Shown piece by piece: positions 1 to 9,253 of a DNA stretch of 64,000 nucleotides (position 1 is its first letter; the number at the start of each line of letters is the position of its first letter). The stretch is from an uncultured Planctomycetota bacterium (GTDB taxonomy: Bacteria; Planctomycetota; PLA2; JAEUHO01): the NCBI GenBank assembly GCA_963752285.1, contig CAVVXN010000005.1, positions 1,376,001 to 1,440,000 of the forward strand. The letters are read 5' to 3'. The notes below the pieces were generated by a model. It ran no database searches, was not told the origin of the DNA, and was given only the letters and a program-made list of their open reading frames with translations. The position numbers and the translations under genes were made by a program.

Positions 1-1
1 C

Positions 2-367
2 CTCACGGTCGTGACGTGGGGCGCGATGGTGACCGTCACCGAGGAAGCGGCGAAGAAGGCCGCCGAAGAGGGCGTGGACGTCGAGATCGTGGACCTTCGG
101 ACGATCTACCCCTGGGACGTGGACGCCGTGCTCGAGAGCGTCCGGAAGACGGGCCGGCTGCTGACCGTCCAGGAGGCGCCGCGCACCGGCGGCTTCGGCT
201 CCGAGGTCGCCGCGACGGTCGCCGAGAAGGCGATCGAGCACCTCGAGGCGCCGATCGGACGTGTCGCGGGCTTCGACACGCCCTTTCCCTACGCACTCGA
301 GCACGTCTACAAGCCCGATCGCCAGCGCGTGCTCGCGGCCATCCACTACGTCGCGGCGTGGGCCTAG
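2..367 (+). CDS. 2-oxoacid dehydrogenase E1 beta subunit, C-terminal part (5' truncated by window edge)
   Basis: VEIVDLRTIYPWD...SVRKTGRLL.VQEA...GFGSEVAA...LEAPIGRVAGFDTPFP transketolase C-terminal signature. Confidence 0.93.
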   Translation, partial: LTVVTWGAMVTVTEEAAKKAAEEGVDVEIVDLRTIYPWDVDAVLESVRKTGRLLTVQEAPRTGGFGSEVAATVAEKAIEHLEAPIGRVAGFDTPFPYALEHVYKPDRQRVLAAIHYVAAWA

Positions 368-390
368 CCCGGACGCCGAGGAGGCGCACC

Positions 391-1770
391 ATGGCGTTCG
401 AGTTCAAGCTCCCGGACATCGGCGAGGGCCTCACCGAGGGCGAGGTCGTGAAGTGGCTCGTGAAGGAGGGGGACCTGGTCGAGAACGACCAGCCGATGGT
501 CGAGGTCATGACCGACAAGGCGACGGTCGAGATCACCGCGCCGCGCGCGGGCCGCATCCAGAAGATCGTGGCGGCGGAGGGGAAGACGATCCCGGTCGGC
601 TCCGTGATGGTCGTCATCGACGTCGGCGCGGGCGGCGACGAGAAGGCGGGACCGGCTTCGAGCCCGCCCCAGGCGGAGAAGCGCGACGCGGAGGCCGAAG
701 CGCCGTTCGCGGCGGCGGCGGAGCCCGCCGCGGAGCCCAGCCCGGCGCCGGAGCGCGAGGCCGCGTCGCGGGCGAAGGCGCCCCCCCGCGGCGAGGCGGC
801 CGTACGGCGCCCGCCCGCGGCGCGCCGCACGCAGACGCTGGCCGCGCCCGCCACGCGACGGCTTGCGCGCGAGCTCGGCGTGGACCTGGACGAGGTGCCG
901 GCCACGGGACCGAACGGTCGGGTGACGCGCGAGGACGTCGAGCGCTACGCGAAGGAGGGCGCGAGCCCGGAGCCCGCCCCCTCGCGCGCGCCCGCCGCGC
1001 GAGAGGGGGCCGCGCCCGAGGCCGCGGCCCTGCCCCCCCGTCCCCCCGCGCCGACCGTCGGCGCGCCCCGGGAGGACGAGCACGTCCCGCTCCGCGGGCT
1101 CCGCGGCAAGATCGCCGAGCAGATGGTCCGCGCGAAGCAGGCGCCGCACTTCACGTACGTGGACGAGTGCGACATGACGGAGGTCGTCGCCCTCCGCGAG
1201 AAGGCGCGCCCGCTCGCGGAGGCCCGCGGCGTCAAGCTGACCTTCCTGCCGTTCGTGATCAAGGCGCTCGCCGCCGCGATCCGCCGGCACCCCGTCGTGA
1301 ACGCGATCGTGGACGACGAGGCCGGCGGGTACGTGATGAAGCGGGACGTCCACGTGGGTCTCGCGACCGACACGGACGCCGGCCTCATGGTTCCCGTCGT
1401 GAAGCACGCCGACCGCCGCTCGCTCCTCGACCTGGCGGCCGAGATCCAGAACCTGACGACGCTCGCGCGAACTCGCAAGATCGAGCGGGAGGACCTGAAG
1501 GGCAGCACGATCACGATCACGAGCGCGGGGTCGCTCGGCGGCATCCTCGCGACGCCGATCCTCAACTACCCGGAGGTCGCGATCCTCGGCGTATACCGCG
1601 TGAAGGACCGGCCGGTGGTACGCGACGGCCAGATCGTGGTCCGGAAGATGACGAACCTCTCGATCACCCTCGACCACCGGATCGTGGACGGCGCGACCGC
1701 GGCCCGCTTCCTGAACGACCTGATCCGCTTCCTCGAGACGCCGGGCCTGCTCCTCATGGAAGGCGCGTGA
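391..1770 (+). CDS. Dihydrolipoamide acyltransferase (E2), single lipoyl domain
   Basis: FKLPDIGEG...EVMTDKAT lipoyl motif, E3-binding APATRRLARELGVDL..V..TGPNGRV, catalytic LDHRIVDG; RBS GAGGAGG before ATG 391. Confidence 0.95.
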   Translation: MAFEFKLPDIGEGLTEGEVVKWLVKEGDLVENDQPMVEVMTDKATVEITAPRAGRIQKIVAAEGKTIPVGSVMVVIDVGAGGDEKAGPASSPPQAEKRDAEAEAPFAAAAEPAAEPSPAPEREAASRAKAPPRGEAAVRRPPAARRTQTLAAPATRRLARELGVDLDEVPATGPNGRVTREDVERYAKEGASPEPAPSRAPAAREGAAPEAAALPPRPPAPTVGAPREDEHVPLRGLRGKIAEQMVRAKQAPHFTYVDECDMTEVVALREKARPLAEARGVKLTFLPFVIKALAAAIRRHPVVNAIVDDEAGGYVMKRDVHVGLATDTDAGLMVPVVKHADRRSLLDLAAEIQNLTTLARTRKIEREDLKGSTITITSAGSLGGILATPILNYPEVAILGVYRVKDRPVVRDGQIVVRKMTNLSITLDHRIVDGATAARFLNDLIRFLETPGLLLMEGA

Positions 1771-1773
1771 CCC

Positions 1774-2928
1774 TTGGCGAAGGCGCGCCGCCCCGCGAAC
1801 CCCTCCCCCCCGCGAGCATCGGCGGGAGGCGCCGACCCGTTCGCGGTCGGCCCCGAAGGGCTGTACCGGCTCGTCGGGGAGGACGGACGCGAGGTCGCGC
1901 CGGTCCCCGACCTTCCGGAGGGCCTCGCGGCGCGGCTCCTCGAAGCGATGTACGTCCAGCGCGCACTCGACCAGCGGATGCTGAACCTCCAGCGTCAGGG
2001 TCGCATCGGCTTCTACGGCACCGCGCGCGGCCAGGAGGGCTCGACGCTGGGCACCGGCGCGGCGTTCGAGGAACGGGACTGGGTGTTCCCGGCGCTCCGC
2101 GAGGGCGCGATCGCGCTCTGGCGCGGCATGGCGCTGGAGACGTACGTCGGGCAGTGCTTCGGCAACGCGGCCGACCCCTGTTTCGGACGGCAGATGCCCT
2201 GCCACTACTCGGACCGCGCGGCGCACTTCGTGTCTCTCTCCTCCCCCATCGCGACGCAGCTCACGCACGCGACCGGCGCGGCGCGCGCCGCGCAGATCCT
2301 CGGCGACGACATCGTCGTCGCCGCGTACCTCGGCGACGGCGCGACCTCGGAGAACGACTTCCACGCCGGCCTCAACTTCGCCGGCGTGTGGAAGGCGCCC
2401 GTGGTCTTCGTCTGCCAGAACAACCAGTGGGCGATCTCGGTTCCCGCCTCCCGGCAGACCGCGAGCGTGACCTTCGCGGTGAAGGCCGAGGCCTACGGCC
2501 TCCCGGGCGTGCGCGTGGACGGGAACGACGTCCTCGCCTGCTGGGTCGCGACGCGGGCCGCCGTGGACCGCGCGCGGCGAGGCGAGGGCCCGTCGCTCGT
2601 GGAGTGCCTCACGTACCGCATGGGCGGCCACTCCTCGAGCGACGACCCCACGAAGTACCGCGACGAGGCCGAGACCCTCGCGTGGGAGGGACGCGACCCG
2701 CTCTTGCGCCACCGCGCGTGGTGCGTCGGCCGCGGGCTCTGGGACGACGCGAAGGAGGCGGAGGTCCTCGAACGGGCCGGTCGCCGGATCTCGGAGGCGA
2801 TCGAGCGGGTCGAGGCCGCGGGGGCGGTCGGGATCGCGACCCTGTTCGAGGACGTCTACGCGAAGATGCCCCGTACGCTCGAGGAACAGCAAAAGGCCCT
2901 CCTCCCGGACGAGCCCGGACGAGGATGA
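1774..2928 (+). CDS. 2-oxoacid dehydrogenase E1 alpha subunit (PDH or branched-chain type)
   Basis: LQRQGRIGFY, GRQMPCHY, TPP motif GDGATSE...NNQWAIS, YRMGGHSSSDDP; TTG start uncertain. Confidence 0.93.
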   Translation: MAKARRPANPSPPRASAGGADPFAVGPEGLYRLVGEDGREVAPVPDLPEGLAARLLEAMYVQRALDQRMLNLQRQGRIGFYGTARGQEGSTLGTGAAFEERDWVFPALREGAIALWRGMALETYVGQCFGNAADPCFGRQMPCHYSDRAAHFVSLSSPIATQLTHATGAARAAQILGDDIVVAAYLGDGATSENDFHAGLNFAGVWKAPVVFVCQNNQWAISVPASRQTASVTFAVKAEAYGLPGVRVDGNDVLACWVATRAAVDRARRGEGPSLVECLTYRMGGHSSSDDPTKYRDEAETLAWEGRDPLLRHRAWCVGRGLWDDAKEAEVLERAGRRISEAIERVEAAGAVGIATLFEDVYAKMPRTLEEQQKALLPDEPGRG

Positions 2929-2986
2929 CCGCGCCACCCGCGCGCAGACAGACCTGCGAGGCGTCCGCCTCGCGAAGGAGGCCCCG

Positions 2987-4393
2987 ATGGCCGAGGACGC
3001 GTTCGATCTCGTGGTGATCGGCTCGGGCCCGGGCGGCTACGTCGCCGCGATCCGCGCCGCGCAGCTGGGGCTCAAGACGTGCGTGATCGAGGAAGACCGG
3101 ATCGGCGGGGTCTGCCTGAACGTCGGCTGCATCCCCTCGAAGAGCCTCATCTACGCGTCGGGCCTCGCCGAGCGGATCCGTCACGGCGATGTGATGGGCC
3201 TCATGGTGGGCGAGCCGAAGCTCGACGGGAAGAAGCTCCAGGCCTGGAAGTCGGGCATCGTGAAGCGGCTGACGACGGGCGTCGGGTTCCTGCTCGACAA
3301 GAACGGCGCCACCGTGGTGCACGGCCACGCCGATTTCACGTCGCCGCACACGCTCGAGGTCCGGGCGTCGGGAGGCGAGACGCGGGAGATCCGCTTCGAG
3401 AAGGCGATCGTGGCGGTGGGCGCCCGCGCGGCGACGCTGCCCTTCCTGCCCGTCGGCAAGCGCGTCATGACGTACCGGGAGGCGCTCGACATCGACTGGG
3501 TGCCCGAGACCTTCACGGTGGTGGGCGGCGGCGTGATCGGGCTCGAGCTGGGCGGCGTGTTCCAGCGCTTCGGCTCGAAGCTGACGGTCGTCGAGCTCAC
3601 CGACTCGCTGCTCCCCGGCACGGACCCCGACCTGGTGAAGGTGCTCGAGCGGGAGATGAAGAAGGAGAAGGCCACGGTCCACCTCTCGACGTCGGCCACC
3701 GGCGTGATCGAGAAGGACGGCCGCCAGGTGCTGACGGCGAAGACGAAGGACGGCAAGATCCTCGAGATCCCCTCCGAGGTGATCCTCGTGGCGGTGGGGT
3801 TCAAGCCGAACACCGACCGTGTGGCCCTGGAGAAGGCGGGCGTCGAGGTGGACGGCCACGGGCACATCCCCGTGGACGCGCACCGCCGCTCGAACGTGCC
3901 GCACATCTACGCGATCGGCGACGTGACGGGCCTCCCGTGGCTCGCCCACAAGGCGAGCAAGGAGGGACTCGTCGCCGCCGAGCACGCGGCCGGCCGGCCC
4001 ACCGCGTACGACGTCCGGGCCATGCCCGCCGCCGTGTACACCCACCCCGAGATCGCGACGGTCGGCCTCCAGGAGCACGAGGCGCGCGCCCGGGGCCTCG
4101 ACATCCGCGTCGGGAAGTTCCCGATGAGCGCGCTCGGCCGCGCGCTCTCGATCTCGGCGCCCGAGGGCTTCGTGAAGATCGTCGCCGACGCGAAGACGGA
4201 CGTCGTGCTCGGGGTCTCGGCCGTGAGCTACCAGGCGTCGGACCTGATCGCCGAGGCGGCCCTGGCGATCGAGATGGGCGCCACGGCGGAGGACATCGCC
4301 CTGACGGTCCACGCCCACCCCACGTGGCCGGAGTCGATGATGGAGGCGGCGGAGGCCGTCCACAAGCAAGCCATCCACATCCTGAACGGCTGA
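2987..4393 (+). CDS. lpdA: Dihydrolipoyl dehydrogenase (E3)
   Basis: GSGPGGY FAD motif, GGVCLNVGCIPSK redox disulfide, GGGVIGLE, HAHPT..E. Confidence 0.96.
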   Translation: MAEDAFDLVVIGSGPGGYVAAIRAAQLGLKTCVIEEDRIGGVCLNVGCIPSKSLIYASGLAERIRHGDVMGLMVGEPKLDGKKLQAWKSGIVKRLTTGVGFLLDKNGATVVHGHADFTSPHTLEVRASGGETREIRFEKAIVAVGARAATLPFLPVGKRVMTYREALDIDWVPETFTVVGGGVIGLELGGVFQRFGSKLTVVELTDSLLPGTDPDLVKVLEREMKKEKATVHLSTSATGVIEKDGRQVLTAKTKDGKILEIPSEVILVAVGFKPNTDRVALEKAGVEVDGHGHIPVDAHRRSNVPHIYAIGDVTGLPWLAHKASKEGLVAAEHAAGRPTAYDVRAMPAAVYTHPEIATVGLQEHEARARGLDIRVGKFPMSALGRALSISAPEGFVKIVADAKTDVVLGVSAVSYQASDLIAEAALAIEMGATAEDIALTVHAHPTWPESMMEAAEAVHKQAIHILNG

Positions 4394-4483
4394 CCGCCGG
4401 GCGCCGCGCCACCGCGTCGCGCGGCGGCCGCCGGCCTCGACGTCCGGGGCGTTGGCGGTACGCTGGCGGGGCGAGGTCGGCTC

Positions 4484-5110
4484 ATGTCCGTCATCCCCCA
4501 CCCCGATGAGACCGCTTTGCCCCGCGCGCCGCTGGACCAGCTGGCGCTCGACGTGGCCGGCGCGCTCCACGAGGACGCCCTCCTCCGACGGGTCGTCGAG
4601 GGCCTGACCCAGGACTTCGGCGCGGCCCTCGCGCGCGTCTGGGTGGTGCGGCCCGGCGCCGACTGCGCACGGTGCGCGGAGGCGGCCGCGTGCGAGGACC
4701 ACGGGTCGTGCCTCCACCTCGCGGCGAGCGCCGGACTCTCCGAACGCCTCGACGGCGAGTACGGAAGGGTCCCCCTGGGCCAGAAGAAGATCGGCGAGAT
4801 CGCCGCCCGGCGCGAGGCCCACTGGACGAACGCTGTCCTCCAGGACCCGCGGGTCGCGCACAAGGACTGGGCGCGCGACAACGACCTCAAGTGCTTCGCG
4901 GGCCATCCCCTCGTCGTGGACGGCCGCCTCCTCGGCGTGCTCGCCACGTTCGGCCGGCAGCGCCTGCCCGTGGACAACTTCCGCCGCCTCGGGTTCCTCG
5001 CGGACCTCCTCGCGATCGCGCTGAGGAATGCGCGCACGCTCGCCGGGAGCGCCGACGCCCGGGCCTCTGCGGAGGGGCACGGGAGAAGCCGAGACGTCAG
5101 GGAGGCGTGA
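4484..5110 (+). CDS. Stand-alone GAF-domain protein with Cys-rich insert
   Basis: ARVWVV..., CARCAEAAAC...CLHLAASAG, KIGEIA, FAGHPLVVDGRLLGVLATF: GAF of the type usually fused to sigma54 activators. Confidence 0.7.
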   Translation: MSVIPHPDETALPRAPLDQLALDVAGALHEDALLRRVVEGLTQDFGAALARVWVVRPGADCARCAEAAACEDHGSCLHLAASAGLSERLDGEYGRVPLGQKKIGEIAARREAHWTNAVLQDPRVAHKDWARDNDLKCFAGHPLVVDGRLLGVLATFGRQRLPVDNFRRLGFLADLLAIALRNARTLAGSADARASAEGHGRSRDVREA

Positions 5111-6587
5111 AGAGGAACGCCTCGTCGTGCTCGGGGGCGCCGTAAGTCTCGTTCAGGCCCCCGCAGAACAGAACCGCCCCGTCGGGCAGGCGCGTGGCGG
5201 TGTGGAGCGCCATGGGCACGGGGAAGAGCAGTTCCGTCCCGTACGTGCGGCTCCCGGCGATCCCGCCCTCCACGACGAGGTCCGCGGTGTGGAGCGTGAG
5301 GCCCTGCGTGAAGTCCACGCCGCCGACCACGAGGACCTCGCCGCCCCCGATCGCGGTCGCCGTGCCGTACGCGCGCGGGCGGTCGAGCCCGCTCCCCGAG
5401 TTCACGACCACCGCGGACGTGGCATCGACGTGCAGGACCGTCCCGAGGCTGTCGCCGCCCGCGACGCACATCGAGCCGCTCGCGAAGGTCGCCGACATGG
5501 CGCCGAAGCGGGCCTGCGCCGCGGCGGGCGGGGCGAGCGGCCAGAACGTCTCCGTCGTCTGGTCGAACCACTCGGGCCGCTGGTCGAGGTCGCTTCCCCC
5601 GACCAGAACGATCTTCCCGCTCGCGAGACGCTCCATCACGTGCGCGGCGCGCGTGTGCACCATCGGCGCGAGCACCGGCGAGAAGGTCTGGGTCTGGGGA
5701 TCGTAGATCTCGGCGCTGTCGAGGTCGATCACGTGCCCCGCCTCGATCCGGGACCCGCCGGTGATCAGCACGCGGCCGTCGTCGAGCTTGATCGCGGCGT
5801 GGTCTATGCGCTCCGTCCCCATCGGCCCGACCTCCACGAAGGTCGAGGACTGGGGCAGGAAGAGCTCGGCCCGGTCCGTGGTCGCGAGCTGTCCGACGGA
5901 CACCTCGTACTCCCCGCCCGCCAGCAGCACCGTGCCGTCGTCGAGGAGGGTCGCCGTGTGGCCGGCCCGCTCCTGCTTCATGGTGTCGCCGACGAGCGTG
6001 AACGTCTCGGAGAGGTACGTCTCGGCGGTGTCCGTGATCGCGGTCGCCTGCGTGAAGCCGCCGGCGAGCAGGACCCGGCCGTCGAGGAGCAGCGTGGCGG
6101 TGTGCGACCGCCGGCCGACGTTCAAGTGCCCGATCGTGGAGCGGAGCGACGAGGCCGGAGGTAGGTTGACCGGCATGCCGCTGTTGCCGGTCCGGAAGAT
6201 GAAGTCGCGTGTCCCGGAGAGGGCGTGCCCCGCGACCGAGCGGAGCTTCCCCGAGATCTGGCACTGGTGCGACGCGATCGGCGCCATCGTCGCGCCGGGG
6301 GTCCAGAGGAGCGTCGTCCCCACGCCGTCGTCTACGAGGACCGTCGTGCCCGGCACCGCGCCGGCGTCGAGGCTCCCCACCGCGAGCGCGTCCGTCTTGA
6401 CCGTCGCGGGGTCGATCGCCTCGCTCAGGACGACCGAGACGGTGCTGTCCACCGGGACGTTCTGGCTGCCGGCCGCCGGCTGGCTCGAGACCAGGTAAAA
6501 GCTCGTGTCGGTCGAGCCCCCTCCGCCGCCGCCCCCGCCACCGCACCCGAGGAGGAAGAGGAGGAGGGCGGTCGCGGCGGGACGCAT
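5097..6587 (-). CDS. Lipoprotein with Ig-like (Big_5-type) domain and 7 Kelch repeats
   Basis: Lipobox LLG-C followed by poly-Gly; P..G..NVPVDS.V.V.LSE.IDP.TV; repeats such as RxxHTATLLxDGxVLLAGG; alternative start 6596. Confidence 0.82.
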   Translation of the reverse strand: MRPAATALLLFLLGCGGGGGGGGGSTDTSFYLVSSQPAAGSQNVPVDSTVSVVLSEAIDPATVKTDALAVGSLDAGAVPGTTVLVDDGVGTTLLWTPGATMAPIASHQCQISGKLRSVAGHALSGTRDFIFRTGNSGMPVNLPPASSLRSTIGHLNVGRRSHTATLLLDGRVLLAGGFTQATAITDTAETYLSETFTLVGDTMKQERAGHTATLLDDGTVLLAGGEYEVSVGQLATTDRAELFLPQSSTFVEVGPMGTERIDHAAIKLDDGRVLITGGSRIEAGHVIDLDSAEIYDPQTQTFSPVLAPMVHTRAAHVMERLASGKIVLVGGSDLDQRPEWFDQTTETFWPLAPPAAAQARFGAMSATFASGSMCVAGGDSLGTVLHVDATSAVVVNSGSGLDRPRAYGTATAIGGGEVLVVGGVDFTQGLTLHTADLVVEGGIAGSRTYGTELLFPVPMALHTATRLPDGAVLFCGGLNETYGAPEHDEAFLFTPP

Positions 6588-6805
6588 CGCCCTCATGAAG
6601 CCGCAAACGACGGTCCCGTGCGAGGGGGCGTACTTCGGGGTCGGCGGGCCGAAGACGTGCGCGCGCGCACGCGCCCGGGCGGGGACCGTGCGCTTCCCCT
6701 CCCGGGCCCCCGCGCCGGGAGCGGGCCGGGCCTCGGACCTTCGACCCGGGACGGTCCGGGGGCGCGGTCGCCCCGGTCGGGTCCGCGTCGCGCGCACGGC
6801 GCGAT

Positions 6806-7351
6806 TCACGTCGTCTCCAGGTCGCGCGGGCGAACGAGGAGGACGAGACCACCGGCGCCCGGCGCGAGGTCGGGCCACCCGACAGGGACCCGGAGCCGCG
6901 CGAGCGCACAGGTGGTGATGAGCTTCCCGTCGTCCGTCCGGAGCGGGTCGTCCCGGGAGAGCCAGAGGAGCAAGTCGTCGAGCCCCGGGTTGTGGCCCAC
7001 CAACAGCACGCGGTGCGCGGTCCGGGGCTGGTCGCGGAGCACCTCCACGAGATCCGAGAGGGAGGCCTCGTAGACGCGGTCGTCGAGCCGGACCTCCGGG
7101 CCGTCCGGCCCGAGCGCGGCGAGGACGAGGTCGGCGGTCTCCCGGGCCCGTCGGGCCGGCGAGGCGACCACGCGGTCGGGGCGGATCCCCTGGGCCGCCA
7201 TCCAGGCGCCGAGGCGGGGCGCGGCCTCGCGCCCCCGCCGGGCCAGCGGGCGGTCGAAGTCGTCCCCCGCGCCCGCGTGGCTCGACTTCGCGTGCCGCAG
7301 GAGGAGGAGCTCCTGCTCCGTGCCGACCGGCCCTCTGTGCGCGCCGCCCAT
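6806..7351 (-). CDS. SixA-like histidine phosphatase
   Basis: LLRHAKS, DFDRPL, VVASPARRARET, LLVGHNPGL; start uncertain. Confidence 0.88.
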   Translation of the reverse strand: MGGAHRGPVGTEQELLLLRHAKSSHAGAGDDFDRPLARRGREAAPRLGAWMAAQGIRPDRVVASPARRARETADLVLAALGPDGPEVRLDDRVYEASLSDLVEVLRDQPRTAHRVLLVGHNPGLDDLLLWLSRDDPLRTDDGKLITTCALARLRVPVGWPDLAPGAGGLVLLVRPRDLETT

Positions 7352-7436
7352 CGTCGTGACCTCCCGCGGGGAGGAAGGATCGTATCCGGGCGAGCCCGCG
7401 GGCGCGCGGCCGCTCGGCCGCGGCTACCTTTCCCGC

Positions 7437-8369
7437 ATGGTGGAGGACGAGCGCCCCGGTGGCCTCGCGGTCGAGGCGCGGGGCGTGACGAAGCGCTACG
7501 ACGGCGTGGCCGCCGTCCAGGGGATCGACTTCGACGTCGGGCTCGGGGAATGCGTCGGCTTCCTCGGACCGAACGGCGCGGGCAAGACGACGACGGTGCG
7601 CATGGTCTCGTGCTTCACGCCGGTCGGCGAGGGCACGATCCGTGTCTTCGGCCTCGACGTGGCGGAGCACCCCCGCGAGGTGAAGCGCCAGATCGGCGTC
7701 TGCCCGCAGGAGGACAACCTCGACACCGACCTCGGCGTCGAGCGAAACCTGCTCGTGTACGCGCGATACTTCGACATCCCGCCGGCCGAGGCGAAGGCGC
7801 GGACGACGGAGCTGCTCCGCCTGCTCCAGCTCGAAGAGAAGCGGCGCGCGCGCATCATGGAGCTGTCGGGCGGCATGAAGCGGCGGCTGGTCCTGGCCCG
7901 CGCGCTGCTGAACCGTCCGAGGCTCCTCGTGCTCGACGAGCCGACCACCGGGCTCGACCCGCAGGCCCGCCACCTCATCTGGAACCGCGTGGAGGCGCTC
8001 AAGGCGGAGGGCACGGCGATCCTGCTCACCACCCACTACATGGAGGAGGCGGAGAAGCTCTGCGACCGCGTGATCCTCATGGACCGCGGCCGGGTCCTCC
8101 TCGAGGGGGAGCCGCCCCGACTGGTCGAGCGCGAGGTGGGCCGGGAGGTGCTCGAGGTCTGGAACCACGAGGAGGCCCTCGTCCGGTTCGTCGAGGAGCA
8201 GGGCTGGGAGCACGAGTCGTACGACCGGCACCTGTACGTGTACCTCCCGGCGGGAACGGACGCGGTGAAGGCCGTAGACGACCGATTCCCCCACCAGGAA
8301 CACCGGCTCCGCCTCGCCACGCTCGAAGACGTCTTCCTCCGCCGCGCCGGCCGCGCGCTCCAGGACTGA
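7437..8369 (+). CDS. ABC exporter ATP-binding protein (NodI/DrrA-like)
   Basis: Walker A GPNGAGKTT, LSGGMKRR, LDEPTTGLDPQARH, TTHYMEEA. Confidence 0.93.
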   Translation: MVEDERPGGLAVEARGVTKRYDGVAAVQGIDFDVGLGECVGFLGPNGAGKTTTVRMVSCFTPVGEGTIRVFGLDVAEHPREVKRQIGVCPQEDNLDTDLGVERNLLVYARYFDIPPAEAKARTTELLRLLQLEEKRRARIMELSGGMKRRLVLARALLNRPRLLVLDEPTTGLDPQARHLIWNRVEALKAEGTAILLTTHYMEEAEKLCDRVILMDRGRVLLEGEPPRLVEREVGREVLEVWNHEEALVRFVEEQGWEHESYDRHLYVYLPAGTDAVKAVDDRFPHQEHRLRLATLEDVFLRRAGRALQD

Positions 8370-8374
8370 GATTC

Positions 8375-9205
8375 GTGGCCCGGGCGTCCGTCCCCCCCCA
8401 GGAGCCGCCCGCCGCGCGCACGCGGCTCCTCGCGAACGTCTCGCGCCTCGCGTGGAAGGTGTGGCGCCGCGACCTCGACGTGTACCTCGCGACCTGGAAG
8501 ACGAACCTCCTGCCGCCGCTCCTCGAGCCGCTCCTCTACGTGCTCGCGTTCGGCTTTGGGCTCGGCTCGTTGATCGGGAAGCTCCACTACCAGGGCCGCG
8601 AGATCGGGTACCTGCGCTTCATGGCGCCGGGCGTGGTGGCGGTCGCGATCATGTTCTGGGCGTACTTCGAGAACACCTACGCGTCGTTCGTCCGCATGTA
8701 CTACCAGAAGACGTTCGACGCCCTCCTCGCGACCCCGCTCCTCGTCGAGGACGTGATCGTCGGCGAGGCGCTCTGGGGGGCGACGAAGAGCGTGCTCGCC
8801 GCCACGATCATGCTCGGCGTCCTGTCGGCCCTCGGCCTCGCGGCGTCGCCGACCGCGCTGCTGGTGCCGCTCGTCGCGGTCGCGGGCGGCCTGCTGTTCG
8901 CGTCCCTCGGCCTGATCACCACGGCGATCTCGCCGACGATCGACACGTTCAACCTGCCCGTCTTCGTACTGGTCTTCCCGATGTTCATGTTCAGCGGCAC
9001 GTTCTTCCCGCTCGACGTCCTGCCGCCGTGGGCGGCGGGCATCGCGTGGGCGCTGCCCCTGACGCACGTGGCCCTCCTCGTCCGAGGCGCGTTCCTCGGC
9101 TGGTTCCCGTCCTCCTGGCCGTGGAGCGTGCTCTACCTCGCCGTCGTCGTGCCCCTCGTCTTCCGGATCGCGCTCGGCGCGATGAAGCGCCGCCTGGGCG
9201 CGTGA
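8375..9205 (+). CDS. ABC-2 type permease (NodJ-like)
   Basis: LEPLLYVLAFGFGLG, YLRFMAPG, QKTFDALLATP, PMFMFSGTFFP; multiple TM segments; follows the ATPase. Confidence 0.9.
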   Translation: MARASVPPQEPPAARTRLLANVSRLAWKVWRRDLDVYLATWKTNLLPPLLEPLLYVLAFGFGLGSLIGKLHYQGREIGYLRFMAPGVVAVAIMFWAYFENTYASFVRMYYQKTFDALLATPLLVEDVIVGEALWGATKSVLAATIMLGVLSALGLAASPTALLVPLVAVAGGLLFASLGLITTAISPTIDTFNLPVFVLVFPMFMFSGTFFPLDVLPPWAAGIAWALPLTHVALLVRGAFLGWFPSSWPWSVLYLAVVVPLVFRIALGAMKRRLGA

Positions 9206-9253
9206 GAACGCCGTCGCCGCGGCGGCGGTTCGGGCGAGGAGGCGCGCCGGCGG

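Noticed and set aside
6656..6671. 16-bp (GC)n palindrome
   Set aside because: Low-complexity and expected by chance at this GC content
7437..9205. Nod-factor export (nodIJ)
   Set aside because: NodIJ-like exporters are widespread and no nodABC is present; substrate unknown
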